The translations under genes were made by a program, and so were the position numbers. From an uncultured delta proteobacterium (GTDB lineage Bacteria; Desulfobacterota; Binatia; UBA9968), in assembly GCA_963771465.1 (NCBI GenBank), contig CAVYTU010000014.1:352001-416000 (forward strand): a stretch of 64,000 nucleotides of DNA, read 5' to 3'. Under the pieces are notes generated by a model. The model worked only from the letters and a program-made list of their open reading frames with translations, searched no databases and was not told the origin of the DNA. This document shows, piece by piece, positions 8,711-19,893 of this stretch. Positions within the stretch are counted from its first letter, which is position 1. The number at the start of each line of letters is the position of its first letter.

Positions 8711-10426
8711 TCAATGGGTGTCGAATATTTCTTGATATTGCTTGAGCTTCGCTTGTGTCGCGTCCGTTTCCGCCTGGATCGGATTGGCCGGATCGAGCGC
8801 CGGCGGCAAGCAACCGAGCTTCATCAAGCACGCCATCAATAACAGCCGCGCTTTGGTCGCCGTCAGATTGCTACCGGCGATCGCCAGCGGATCGCGCGTC
8901 GGATCAACGAAGCCGCCGGCATTGCCGCGGCCGACTTTGACCACAGGCATACCGCTAAACGTCGCGCGTTTGAGCGCCGCATCGACGGCATTGCTCATGG
9001 CGCCGAAGGGCGCCGAGCCTTCAGCGACAAAGCCGGCGAGCGGCGCGGCGCGCAAATTATTTTCGATGCGCGCGAGTATATCGACTTCGCTGTTGGCGTC
9101 GCCAGAAGTATCCTCAGGCAAGTAGCGCGCATGTTTGACGATTGTCACCTTTGGAATGGCGGTGGCCAGCAGATTCCCGTCGGCGCCTTTGACCGCCACA
9201 GCGATCGCCCCAGCCTTTGACTCTTGGACCCTTGAACCTTGAACGCTGCTCGGTAGCTGCGTCACATTGACGGCAGAATCGTAGGTATGCCGTTTGATCG
9301 TCTTGAACGAAAACTGCGGCGCACCCGGATGACCTATTCTGCCGATGATGCCGCCATGGCCGCCGGTAGCCACATAGCCGCCGGGGCGCGCGTCGGCTTT
9401 TTGCACGTCGCGCGAAGTAAATATCTGCTCGTCGAGTATGGCAACGGCGCCGATGCAATCCCGGCCGTTTTCATCGGCCCAAATTTTCGATGCGATGTAG
9501 TCGACGGAGTCGACGATGTTGCGATCGCCGTCGTTGCCGATGGCGCCGTGGGGGCGCTGCGAGGAGTTGCCGGCAATCGGCACCGTTGTGTCGATCAGGA
9601 GATTCAGCCAATACGTGGTCTCCTCCACAAACGGGCTACCTTCGAGCCAGATCGCGCCGAGATATTTGCCGCTGCCGAGTGCGCGCTGGACGACGTTAGT
9701 GAGGCGCGCCAGCGCCGCCATCGGCGGCTCCTTGCGAAGATATCCGGGACGATAGGGGAAAAAATCCGTGCCGCGAACTTCCGGTGCGATATCGCCGTCA
9801 CCGATATCGGTGCGCTCGCCCGCGCTTCTCCCCTTTGTATAACCGCCCGACGGCAGAGCGCGATAGAAATCGAAATCGGCCTTTGCGGTTAGCAAACAGC
9901 CCACCCCTTCGTCGGAAATCCCCAAGCGGTCGATCTCTTCGAATAAACGCGAGCCGTCGGGGAAAAACGGCACCCGGGTCAACTCTGCCGGCGCATTTTT
10001 TTCCGCCCCGTCGGTCTCCCAAGGCTGGCCGCTGGCTTGGCGCGCCATATAGGGCAACGGATACAAACCATCTTCAGGCTGGAGCGTGATTTCATAAACG
10101 GGTTTGTCTTGTGGACCGGTTGGCTCTTTGTGAAAAGCGCCGGTTGAATCGAGATAGCCGTCAGGCGGCGCGTAGAGCTCGGCGTGATCCTTCTCCAGCG
10201 GATGCGCGCTGAACCGTTCGACGTAAATCGTCACCGGCGCCGCTAATCGCTGCGCGCGCAGCACATCGAAACGCAGCGGCGTGCCATCTTTGTTGGTGCG
10301 AGCGGGCAATCCATATTTCGCGCGCGCCTTGTTGCTCGTCACCAGTGGCTCGCTGTTTTGAATCGTCGCCGTCGGTCCGGAAAAGACCGCGATGCACGGT
10401 TTCGCGTTGCTCCGCGTATCAGCCAC
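8711..10426 (-). CDS. Asparaginase/glutaminase-fold protein with large insertions
   Basis: FSGPTATI (GGTI equivalent), WLEGSPFVEETTYWL (HGTDT equivalent), SSQRP, DVQKAD, NLTATKARLLLM, YQEIFDTH. Confidence 0.75.
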   Translation of the reverse strand: MADTRSNAKPCIAVFSGPTATIQNSEPLVTSNKARAKYGLPARTNKDGTPLRFDVLRAQRLAAPVTIYVERFSAHPLEKDHAELYAPPDGYLDSTGAFHKEPTGPQDKPVYEITLQPEDGLYPLPYMARQASGQPWETDGAEKNAPAELTRVPFFPDGSRLFEEIDRLGISDEGVGCLLTAKADFDFYRALPSGGYTKGRSAGERTDIGDGDIAPEVRGTDFFPYRPGYLRKEPPMAALARLTNVVQRALGSGKYLGAIWLEGSPFVEETTYWLNLLIDTTVPIAGNSSQRPHGAIGNDGDRNIVDSVDYIASKIWADENGRDCIGAVAILDEQIFTSRDVQKADARPGGYVATGGHGGIIGRIGHPGAPQFSFKTIKRHTYDSAVNVTQLPSSVQGSRVQESKAGAIAVAVKGADGNLLATAIPKVTIVKHARYLPEDTSGDANSEVDILARIENNLRAAPLAGFVAEGSAPFGAMSNAVDAALKRATFSGMPVVKVGRGNAGGFVDPTRDPLAIAGSNLTATKARLLLMACLMKLGCLPPALDPANPIQAETDATQAKLKQYQEIFDTH

Positions 10427-10468
10427 AATGACCTCGCCGCGCTAGAATATTGAAATCGTCTATGGAAT

Positions 10469-11047
10469 TTATTTCAACTCGTACGGCAGCTGCTTCGGAC
10501 CGTAACCTTGCCAGTACTTGTTGGTCGTCGGATCGTAGCGCCCCTGGAGAAAACCGCCGGCTTTCTCAGCGCGCACGATGATCGCCACCGTCCGCTCATC
10601 GCCGCTCTCTTCGGCATGGATTGCGTAGGGCGGCACGAGATCGATTTTACCCGCGCCGACTTTGACGTTTACCGACTTGCGCACTTCAGCGTAGTCGGGT
10701 TTCGACCGGTCGTCGACCCGCTCGTAACGTGCGATCGACTCGGTGCCGTCGAGCACGCCATAGAGCGTCCAGTTGTGCGCGTGGTCGTGGATCGCGGTGC
10801 GCGTGTGCGGCGCTTTGATCAGGCCGTTGATGACAAACTTATAATCGGGATCTTCGTAGAAAAGTAAATTCTCGGCGCGCTCGGCGCCTTGAGAGCAGTC
10901 GGGCCAACGATTCGATTGTTCTTTGATCGATGGATCGGCGAGTAACTCTTGCAACAGCGGCGTCATCTTTTCCCACCGTTTGGCCGCATCTTTTTCCTCG
11001 GCGTGAAGCTGGCGCGCGGACGCGATGAATTTTTGCACGGCGGACAT
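10469..11047 (-). CDS. Cysteine dioxygenase-like cupin
   Basis: LFYEDPDYKFVIN, IHDHAHNWTLYGVLDG, AIHAE (3-His cupin); GGAGG RBS before ATG 11047. Confidence 0.75.
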   Translation of the reverse strand: MSAVQKFIASARQLHAEEKDAAKRWEKMTPLLQELLADPSIKEQSNRWPDCSQGAERAENLLFYEDPDYKFVINGLIKAPHTRTAIHDHAHNWTLYGVLDGTESIARYERVDDRSKPDYAEVRKSVNVKVGAGKIDLVPPYAIHAEESGDERTVAIIVRAEKAGGFLQGRYDPTTNKYWQGYGPKQLPYELK

Positions 11048-11222
11048 AAAATCCTCCTGACAGTACGAAGCCAATGGGTTATCGGATTATTATTCCGAGC
11101 GAGTAGTGCTCGTCAAGTCAGGTTTTGCGAGATTTCAGCTCTAAGAGTCCACGCGCCAAATCGAAAAGGCTCCGGCAGCGATCAACCGCCGGAGCCTTTT
11201 ATGAGAATGATTGAATTTCGTC

Positions 11223-12497
<1,275 letters not shown>

Positions 12498-12655
12498 TCA
12501 CTTCCTCTCATCACGTTGCGTTAGATTAGTTTGAAATTGCCCGCTGGCATTTCTTGACTTGCAAAGAGCAGCTTAGAGCGTCATGCTGCTCCGAACTTTG
12601 TCCCTTTGGTGGTGAATAGAATTGACTGACTTTGCTGCTAGCTTCGCGCAAAACC

Positions 12656-13834
12656 TCAGACCCGCGCCGCCGCTTTCTTGAGATCAGCCGCTCGATCGGT
12701 CTTTTCCCAAGTAAACAAACCTTCTTCCGGCGCCCGGCCAAAGTGGCCATAGGCCGCCGTCGCACGGTAGATGGGCCGCTTCAGATCGAGGGTCTGAATG
12801 ATGCCTTTGGGGCTTAAATCGAAACTGTCCTGGACGATCTTAGCGATCTTGTCTTCGGGAATAGCCGCGGTGCCAAAGGTTTCGACGAGCACCGACACCG
12901 GCTGCGCCACGCCGATGACGTACGCAAGCTGGACTTCGCATCGCATGGCCAACTCCGCCGCAACGATATTCTTTGCGACGTAGCGCGCCATGTAGGCCGC
13001 GCTGCGATCGACCTTGGATGGATCTTTGCCGGAGAAAGCGCCGCCGCCGTGCCGACCCATGCCACCGTAGGTATCGACGATAATTTTGCGTCCCGTCAAA
13101 CCGCAATCGCCTTGCGGCCCGCCGACCACGAAACGGCCGGTTGGATTCACATGAAAGATCGTGTCTTTGTCGAGATACTCGGCCGGAATGACCGCCTTGA
13201 TGACGCCCTCAATGATCGTTTCGCGTAACTTAGCGTATTCGACATCGGCGCTGTGCTGGGTCGAGATCACGACGTTTTTGACTCTGACGGGTTTGCCGTC
13301 GCGATATTCGACGGTCACCTGTGACTTGCTATCAGGACGAAGAAAATAGGCTTCGCCGCCTTTGCGGACTTTCGCCAAATAGTGAACTAAGCTGTGCGCC
13401 ATCTGAATCGGAAACGGCATCAGTTCCGGCGTCTCGTCGCAGGCGTAGCCAAACATCATGCCCTGATCGCCGGCACCCTGTTCTTTGTGCAAGCCTTGGC
13501 CTTCGGTCACGCCCTGAGAAATATCCGGTGACTGTTGCTCGATGGCGGTGAGAATCGCGCAGGTATTGCCGTCAAATCCCATGGAGGAGTCGGTGTAACC
13601 GATCTCGCGCACGACTTCGCGAACGATATCAACATACGGGACTTTGGCACTGCTGGTAATTTCACCGGCAACCACCACCATGCCGGTTTTGGCCAAGCTC
13701 TCACAGGCCACTCGGCTGTTCGGGTCGCCGGCTAAATGAGCGTCGAGAATCGCGTCGGATACTTGGTCGCAAAGTTTGTCGGGATGACCTTCGGAAACCG
13801 ATTCGGACGTAAATAAAAAATCTTTACCAGCCAT
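12656..13834 (-). CDS. metK: S-adenosylmethionine synthetase
   Basis: [42 protein letters not shown]. Confidence 0.98.
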   Translation of the reverse strand: MAGKDFLFTSESVSEGHPDKLCDQVSDAILDAHLAGDPNSRVACESLAKTGMVVVAGEITSSAKVPYVDIVREVVREIGYTDSSMGFDGNTCAILTAIEQQSPDISQGVTEGQGLHKEQGAGDQGMMFGYACDETPELMPFPIQMAHSLVHYLAKVRKGGEAYFLRPDSKSQVTVEYRDGKPVRVKNVVISTQHSADVEYAKLRETIIEGVIKAVIPAEYLDKDTIFHVNPTGRFVVGGPQGDCGLTGRKIIVDTYGGMGRHGGGAFSGKDPSKVDRSAAYMARYVAKNIVAAELAMRCEVQLAYVIGVAQPVSVLVETFGTAAIPEDKIAKIVQDSFDLSPKGIIQTLDLKRPIYRATAAYGHFGRAPEEGLFTWEKTDRAADLKKAAARV

Positions 13835-13910
13835 GAGCTGACCTCCAGTGGCGTCAAAATTCCGATTTTTAACCTGTCTTGTATAGCGGATCAGCTGGGG
13901 CGATTCAACC

Positions 13911-14186
13911 TTACTCGCTCTCGTTGAATCGATTGTCGAGCAACTTTTCGAGCGCTTTGACGACTTTTTCTGCGTCCTCGCCGTTGGCCTCGATGTGAAT
14001 CTTACTGCCCTGGGTCGCCGCCAGCGTTAACACTCCCATGATGCTGCGGCCGTCCGCCGTTTGACCGTCCTTGGAGACGCTCACTTGGGCGGAAAATTTG
14101 TTGACGGTTTGCACCAGCAGGGCCGCCGCGCGGGCATGTAAGCCGAGCCTATTTTTGATTTCAAGTTTTTTGACGATCTTGGCCAT
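13911..14186 (-). CDS. ptsH: HPr/NPr family phosphocarrier
   Basis: GLHARAAA (His15) and DGRSIMGVL (Ser46). Confidence 0.92.
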   Translation of the reverse strand: MAKIVKKLEIKNRLGLHARAAALLVQTVNKFSAQVSVSKDGQTADGRSIMGVLTLAATQGSKIHIEANGEDAEKVVKALEKLLDNRFNESE

Positions 14187-14190
14187 AACC

Positions 14191-15057
14191 TCACCTGTCG
14201 ATATCCCGATGCTTGACGTGAATCCGTAAGCTGCCGCCGCCGAAGCGCTTCTGCAGCTCTTCCACCAGAGCCACGGAACGGTGCCGTCCTCCGGTGCAGC
14301 CCAGAGCTAAAGTCAGGCTGCTTTTGCCTTCGCGCTCGTAGAGCGGCAAGGTGAATTCCAAAAGCGCGTAGAGACGGTCGAGAAACGCGCGCGTCTCGGC
14401 GTTACCGAGAACGTACTCTTCGACTTCGTGCTCCAAACCGCTTTTGTGGCGCAGTTCGGCGACGAAGTAGGGATTGGGCAGAAAGCGCACGTCCAGGATA
14501 ATATCGGTGTCATGGGGAATGCCGAACTTGTAACCAAATGAGGTCAGAAATAGCGCCATGCGGCGCACCGACGGCGCTTCGCAAAACTGCTGCTCCATCT
14601 CGCGCTTGAGCTGGTGGACGTTAAAATCGCTGGTATCGATCACCTTATCCGCCAGCGCGCGGATCGATTCCAACGCTTTACGTTCCCAGGAAATACCGTC
14701 TTGAATCGATCCCTGGCGCGCCAGCGGGTGCGGCCGGCGTGTCTCGCTAAAACGACGCACCAGGACGTCATCGGAAGCGTCGAAGAAGAGCACCTGCACA
14801 TGGTGTCCCGCGGCGCGCAGTTCGCCGAGCACTTGGGGTAACGACTGCAAAAACTGGCTGCCGCGCAAATCGACGCCCAGGGCAACGCGCATGATGTCTT
14901 CCTGATAACCGTGGCAGAGCTCGACGAATTTAGGAATCAGCGGCGTGGGCAGATTATCGATGCAGAAAAAACCGTTGTCTTCGAGAGCGCGAATCGCGAA
15001 GCTCTTTCCGGAACCGGAAAGACCTGTGATGATGAAAATATCTAAGCCATCGGCCAT
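14191..15057 (-). CDS. rapZ: RNase adapter RapZ
   Basis: ITGLSGSGKS, SETRRPHPL, SFGYKFG, DVRFLPNP, GCTGGRHRSV. Confidence 0.95.
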   Translation of the reverse strand: MADGLDIFIITGLSGSGKSFAIRALEDNGFFCIDNLPTPLIPKFVELCHGYQEDIMRVALGVDLRGSQFLQSLPQVLGELRAAGHHVQVLFFDASDDVLVRRFSETRRPHPLARQGSIQDGISWERKALESIRALADKVIDTSDFNVHQLKREMEQQFCEAPSVRRMALFLTSFGYKFGIPHDTDIILDVRFLPNPYFVAELRHKSGLEHEVEEYVLGNAETRAFLDRLYALLEFTLPLYEREGKSSLTLALGCTGGRHRSVALVEELQKRFGGGSLRIHVKHRDIDR

Positions 15058-15067
15058 AGCGGGGTTA

Positions 15068-15529
15068 TCAAAATTTATCGTCTTCCTCGGCGATTAGGGT
15101 AAACAGCTCTTGATTGGATTTTGCCGCCATCAAACGGCGCCGGAAAGACTCGTCTTTGAGCAGACGCGAAATCCGCGCTAACGCTTTTAAATGATCCGCC
15201 GCGGCGCCTTCAGGCGCGATGAGAACGAAAAACAAATGCGTCGGACCGCCATCCAACGAATTGAAATCGACACCTTCGGAGCTGCGCGCAAAGACACCGT
15301 ATATCCGCTCCAAGCCCGGCAGTTTGCCATGCGGTATGGCAACCCCTTCACCGATGGCGGTGGTACTGATTCTTTCGCGCTCCATGAGCACGCTCAATAC
15401 CCGCTTTGGGTCGAGATCGGTATGGTTTGCAGCGAGCCATCCGGCCAGCTCTTCCAGAACGGCATTTTTTTCTCGCTGTGCAAGCGCCGGTATAACCGTC
15501 TGCACGCTCAAGAAATCGGTGATTTTCAC
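15068..15529 (-). CDS. ptsN: PTS EIIA (Ntr-like)
   Basis: ERERISTTAIGEGVAIPHGK, HLKALARISRLL; in the rpoN cluster. Confidence 0.9.
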   Translation of the reverse strand: MKITDFLSVQTVIPALAQREKNAVLEELAGWLAANHTDLDPKRVLSVLMERERISTTAIGEGVAIPHGKLPGLERIYGVFARSSEGVDFNSLDGGPTHLFFVLIAPEGAAADHLKALARISRLLKDESFRRRLMAAKSNQELFTLIAEEDDKF

Positions 15530-15843
15530 GCCTTGTTCCTTCTGCGGCTGACTTTAGACTTATCCTTTTGCTTGCGCACCTGGCGTTCAATTTTATCGAT
15601 CACCAAGTCGATCGCCGCGTAGAGATCTTGGTGCTGCTCTTTGCCATGGATCATGGCACCGTGAGTGTGCAATTCGATTTCAGCCAATTGGCGCTCTTTG
15701 GTATCGACAGCCAGAATAATATGCGCGTCGAGAGCCTGTGAGAAATATTTGCCGATCTTGTGAATCTTTTCTTCAGCGTACTGCTTTAACGCTTGGGTCG
15801 GCTCGATATGACGGAATGTAACGGAAACGGTGATCTCGCTCAT
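15526..15843 (-). CDS. hpf: Ribosome hibernation factor, short form
   Basis: VTFRHIEPTQALKQYAEEKI, DLYAAIDLVIDKIERQVRKQK; directly after rpoN. Confidence 0.9.
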   Translation of the reverse strand: MSEITVSVTFRHIEPTQALKQYAEEKIHKIGKYFSQALDAHIILAVDTKERQLAEIELHTHGAMIHGKEQHQDLYAAIDLVIDKIERQVRKQKDKSKVSRRRNKA

Positions 15844-15856
15844 GCGGTTAACAGTA

Positions 15857-17332
15857 TTATTTCCGCGCAAACGGTTGTCGACGTCGGGAAGACGGCAAGA
15901 TGCCCATCGCTTCGCGATATTTCGCCACCGTGCGCCGCGCGATGTCGATGGCGTCGTTCGACAGCGCGGTCGCGATATGTTGATCGCTGAACGGCGCGCG
16001 CGGATCTTCGGCCGCGATGATGTTGCGGATTTTCTCTTTCACCGATTCGCTGGCGACATCTTCGCCGTTACCGCTTCTAAGACCGCTCTGAAAAAAGAAC
16101 TTGAGCTCATAGAGTCCCTGCGGCGTGTGGACGTATTTATTCGCCGTCGCCCGGCTCACCGTGGATTCGTGCATGTGAATGTCTTCGGCAACATCGCGCA
16201 GCACCATCGGTTTTAAATGGCTCACGCCATGATCGAGAAACTCCTGCTGAACCTTGAAGATGCTCTGGGTGACTTTCATCAACGTCTGTTGGCGCTGCTG
16301 AATGCTCTTGATCAACCAAGTGGCCGCGCGCACCTTTTCTTGTAAATACTGCCGTGCCTCTTCTTCCGCCGCGCCGTCCTGACCGGCCATGCGCCGATAG
16401 AGCGAACTGACCCGCAGCCGCGGCACGCCGTCGTCGTTGAGGTAAATGACGAAATCATCGCCAACCTTCTCGACGAAAACATCGGGCAGCACCGTGCGCA
16501 CTTCATCCTGTTCAAAACCACGCGACGGCTTGGGTTCAAGGGATGCGATCAAGTGCGCTGCATCGGCAATTTCGTCGATGCTCACGGCCAAATCTTTGGC
16601 CAATTTTTCGTAGCGTTTGGATTCGAGAAAGCTTAGATGGTGGTCGACAATCCGGGCCGCCAAACTGTCGCTGAGCTGGAGATTTTCCAGCTGGATAAGC
16701 AAGCATTCGCGCAAATTCCGCGCCGCGACGCCGACCGGATCGAAAAACTGAATTTGCCGGAGCAAACTCTCGACCTCTTCCGGACGGGTTTCCGTGATCG
16801 CGCAAATCTCATCCACCGTCAAAGTCAGATAGCCGTTCTCGTCAAGATTCTGAATGATGTTGAAACCGATGGCTGACTCTCGCTCGGTGATCTTCGACAG
16901 CCGCAGTTGCCACATCAAGTGATCTTCCAATGATGTTTTTTTGGTAAGACTGTTCTCCCACGACGGCGGCGAGTCGCCATCTTCCGAATTCGCTTCCGCG
17001 GTTAGAGAACCATGCATGGAGTTCGAGTGAGTATCGAGATAGTCCTGCCAATCCAACGTACCGATCTTATCGACCGTGGAGAGCTCGCGATTGACGACCA
17101 ATTCGGACATCTCTTCCGGCGCGCCGCTTTGCGCCTCAGCGCGCGGCTGTTCGCCTTGCTCGGATTCCTCGCTCGCTCCTTCTTCGAGAGCAGGATTTTC
17201 CTGCAGCTCTTTAAGCACCATTTCTTCCAGTTCGATGCGCGAAAGTTGCAACAGCTTGATCGCTTGCTGAAGCTGCGGTGTCATCACCAGCTGTTGGGCG
17301 AGCCTTTGAACTTGTCGAATCTCAAGTGCCAT
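15857..17332 (-). CDS. rpoN: RNA polymerase sigma-54 factor
   Basis: QQLVMTPQLQQAIKLLQL, HESTVSRA, RpoN box ARRTVAKYRE. Confidence 0.98.
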   Translation of the reverse strand: MALEIRQVQRLAQQLVMTPQLQQAIKLLQLSRIELEEMVLKELQENPALEEGASEESEQGEQPRAEAQSGAPEEMSELVVNRELSTVDKIGTLDWQDYLDTHSNSMHGSLTAEANSEDGDSPPSWENSLTKKTSLEDHLMWQLRLSKITERESAIGFNIIQNLDENGYLTLTVDEICAITETRPEEVESLLRQIQFFDPVGVAARNLRECLLIQLENLQLSDSLAARIVDHHLSFLESKRYEKLAKDLAVSIDEIADAAHLIASLEPKPSRGFEQDEVRTVLPDVFVEKVGDDFVIYLNDDGVPRLRVSSLYRRMAGQDGAAEEEARQYLQEKVRAATWLIKSIQQRQQTLMKVTQSIFKVQQEFLDHGVSHLKPMVLRDVAEDIHMHESTVSRATANKYVHTPQGLYELKFFFQSGLRSGNGEDVASESVKEKIRNIIAAEDPRAPFSDQHIATALSNDAIDIARRTVAKYREAMGILPSSRRRQPFARK

Positions 17333-17334
17333 AA

Positions 17335-18057
17335 TTAGAACTTAAAGCCTTCTCCTAAATAAAATTTTCGCGCCTTGGGACTTGCAGCAATCGTCTCGGG
17401 CGTACCTTCCTCAAGGATCGTGCCTTCATTGACGATGTAGGCGCGGTCACAAATCCCCAAGGTCTCTCTGACGTTGTGATCGGTGATCAGAATGCCGATG
17501 CCGCTGCTGATCAGGCGGCGCACGATATTTTGGATTTCCGCCACGGCAATGGGATCGATGCCGGTGAACGGCTCATCCAACAACAGAAAGAAGGGCGCGA
17601 GCACGAGTGCGCGAGCGATCTCCACCCGGCGCCGTTCGCCGCCCGATAGGGTGAAGGCTTTATGCGTCGCCAAGTGACTGACGCCGAGCATTTTCAACAA
17701 CCCATCGCAGCGTTCTTTTTGTTCGGCGCTATCGAGCTCAAGAGTTTGGAGAATCGCGCGGAGATTGTCCTCCACCGAGAGCCGACGAAACACCGAGGAC
17801 TCTTGCGGCAGGTAGCTGATACCGGCGCGCGCTCTCTGATAGATCGGTGCTGCGGTGAGGTCTTCGTCGTTGAGCAGAACGCGGCCGTCTTCGGGTTGAA
17901 CTAAACCCACCATCATATGAAACGTCGTCGTCTTACCGGCGCCGTTCGGCCCAAGTAAACCGACGACTTCGCCGCCTTTCACTTCCAAGCTCACACCGTT
18001 AACCACGCGACGCCCGCCATAGGATTTTACTACCGACGCCGCTTTGAGAACGCTCAT
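17335..18057 (-). CDS. lptB: LPS export ABC transporter ATPase
   Basis: GPNGAGKTT, YLPQESSVFR, LSGGERRRVEIAR, ITDHNVRETL. Confidence 0.96.
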   Translation of the reverse strand: MSVLKAASVVKSYGGRRVVNGVSLEVKGGEVVGLLGPNGAGKTTTFHMMVGLVQPEDGRVLLNDEDLTAAPIYQRARAGISYLPQESSVFRRLSVEDNLRAILQTLELDSAEQKERCDGLLKMLGVSHLATHKAFTLSGGERRRVEIARALVLAPFFLLLDEPFTGIDPIAVAEIQNIVRRLISSGIGILITDHNVRETLGICDRAYIVNEGTILEEGTPETIAASPKARKFYLGEGFKF

Positions 18058-18059
18058 CG

Positions 18060-18614
18060 TTACTTTGCATCCCCTCGCTCCCGGTCCTTCATCTCCTCCG
18101 GAAAGATCGTCGCCTGAACCCGCACTTTACCATCGCCCTCGGCGATCGCCTTATCCTGGTCGATAAAATAGACCACCTTGACGCCGCTCACTTGATTGTT
18201 GCCCTGGCGCATCACCGGACTACCCGTTAGGGTCACGGTCTTGGCTTTGTCGTCAAACACCGCCCGTTCGCTGGTCGCTACCCGCACGCCCTGGGTCGCG
18301 TTAACTTTTCCCTCCGCGACAATCTGGTGTATCCCCTTCATCTCCGGATCGTAGTAGGCCGTGAGCGCGTCGCTTCTCATGGTCATGTCGGCCTGCACCG
18401 TCACGACACGGCCTTTGTAGACAATCGAGTTTTTTTTCTGATCGACTTCCATCCAATCGGCGGTGATATAAATCGGGTCCTTCTTGTTGAATTCAAATCC
18501 GGAGGAACTTTTCTTGTTATCGTCCTTCGCCGGCGCCGCGGCGCTCCCGGCTAAAATTGGCGATCCCAAAATAACCAAGCCCAGCGCGATCCGAAGCAGT
18601 TTGAAACTCGACAT
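18060..18614 (-). CDS. lptA: LPS transport periplasmic protein
   Basis: Signal peptide, PIYITAD, beta-jellyroll pattern, LTGSPVMRQGNN; between lptC and lptB. Confidence 0.9.
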   Translation of the reverse strand: MSSFKLLRIALGLVILGSPILAGSAAAPAKDDNKKSSSGFEFNKKDPIYITADWMEVDQKKNSIVYKGRVVTVQADMTMRSDALTAYYDPEMKGIHQIVAEGKVNATQGVRVATSERAVFDDKAKTVTLTGSPVMRQGNNQVSGVKVVYFIDQDKAIAEGDGKVRVQATIFPEEMKDRERGDAK

Positions 18615-18617
18615 TAT

Positions 18618-19247
18618 TCATCCCCCGACTTTGCGGTCGCCAGTGGCTTTGTTATTTTTCTTTTTTGCCAACTTTTCGGGCTCAATCTTGGTTTTAACGT
18701 TCTGCAACAAGCGAATCTTTTTGTCTTCCATCTCAATTTCCATCCTCGAACCCTCTAACTCCATTCCTTCGCCGACCACTTTAGTCCGCGTCGGCAGAAC
18801 GATTCGATCCTTGGCCGGAAAGTAATTCGCTTCTTCCGAATTGAGCACATAGCCTTGAAATGAAACTTGGATCGCGCCGCGAAGCTCCATGCGGTCGAGT
18901 TCTTTCTCGTTCAAGTATATTCGCGCTTCGTCGGCGTTGGTTTCGATGGCCTCGCCTTTCTTGTCATAGTAGTAAAACTTCGGCTTCTTAATCACCGCCT
19001 CTTTCTGATCCTTAAAATAGTTTGCCTCGTCGCCATACAATTCCCAAATCTTGCGCCCATTCTCAATCTTGGCGCGGTGAAAGTCTTTCATTTGCAGCGC
19101 CGATTCCGGTAGATAATCCAATGCTTTCAGTGGGTTCTTTTTAATTTGCCCCTGGGCGCCGCGGATAATATCGTAAACCTTGTAGCCAACTCCTCCCAAA
19201 GAAAGAAAAATTACCAGGAGCAGGACTGAGCGTCGAGTTTTTCGCAT
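18618..19247 (-). CDS. lptC: LPS export protein
   Basis: N-terminal TM anchor then beta-rich domain (WELYGDEA); synteny; start at ATG 19247. Confidence 0.85.
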   Translation of the reverse strand: MRKTRRSVLLLVIFLSLGGVGYKVYDIIRGAQGQIKKNPLKALDYLPESALQMKDFHRAKIENGRKIWELYGDEANYFKDQKEAVIKKPKFYYYDKKGEAIETNADEARIYLNEKELDRMELRGAIQVSFQGYVLNSEEANYFPAKDRIVLPTRTKVVGEGMELEGSRMEIEMEDKKIRLLQNVKTKIEPEKLAKKKNNKATGDRKVGG

Positions 19248-19302
19248 ATTGAATCCGCACGAATGGTAAAAATACCACTCTTCCAAAAACCTGTAAAGCA
19301 TT

Positions 19303-19318
19303 AGGCACGAAATTTGCT
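19303..19318 (+). promoter_or_regulatory. Sigma-54 -24/-12 site oriented antisense to the lptCAB-rpoN operon
   Basis: AGGCACGAAATTTGCT: GG(19304-05)-N10-GC(19316-17), near consensus TGGCACG-N4-TTGCW, in the kdsC-lptC gap. Confidence 0.6.
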
Positions 19319-19358
19319 TTGCAAGCAAGGCAACTTTAGGAGAATCTTGGCAGTTTAA

Positions 19359-19886
19359 CTAGCGTAATGTCAATTTGCGCCACTTTTTTTGGGCCCGAAG
19401 CAATAATTCAGCTACTTCTCTTACCGCGCCCCGTCCACCTCGCTCCTCGGTGGTATAGTCGACGGTCGAAGACAATTCCGACCAGCCGTCCGCGACTGAA
19501 ACCGCTAATCCGACCCGGCGCAACACCGGTAGGTCGATCAAGTCATCACCAACGTACGCTATCTGGTCATCCTTTAAATCGTGGTTACGCTTGATCTCCT
19601 CGTAGCACGCCAGCTTGTCCGCGAGGCCTTGATAAACCAATCGTACTCCCAAGTCCCTTGCGCGATGGCGAACCACTTTGGAGCGACGCCCGGTGACGAA
19701 CCCGACATCAACGCCAGATCGTATCAGCAATGAAATGCCCTGGCCGTCGCGGACGTGAAATTGTTTGGTCTCCACGCCGTGATCGTCGATGATGATGGCA
19801 CCATCGGTGAGCACGCCATCGACATCGAGCAGCAGCAACCGAATTTTGGCAGCTTTCTTACGAAGGGCAGCGGAGATAAGTTTCAC
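19359..19886 (-). CDS. kdsC: KDO 8-phosphate phosphatase
   Basis: LLDVDGVLTDG, FHVRDGQGI, YVGDDLIDL, GGRGAVRE. Confidence 0.95.
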   Translation of the reverse strand: MKLISAALRKKAAKIRLLLLDVDGVLTDGAIIIDDHGVETKQFHVRDGQGISLLIRSGVDVGFVTGRRSKVVRHRARDLGVRLVYQGLADKLACYEEIKRNHDLKDDQIAYVGDDLIDLPVLRRVGLAVSVADGWSELSSTVDYTTEERGGRGAVREVAELLLRAQKKWRKLTLR

Positions 19887-19893
19887 GGGTGGA

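Noticed and set aside
13835-13910. SAM riboswitch upstream of metK
   Set aside because: 76-bp gap with no recognisable SAM-I or SAM-II consensus
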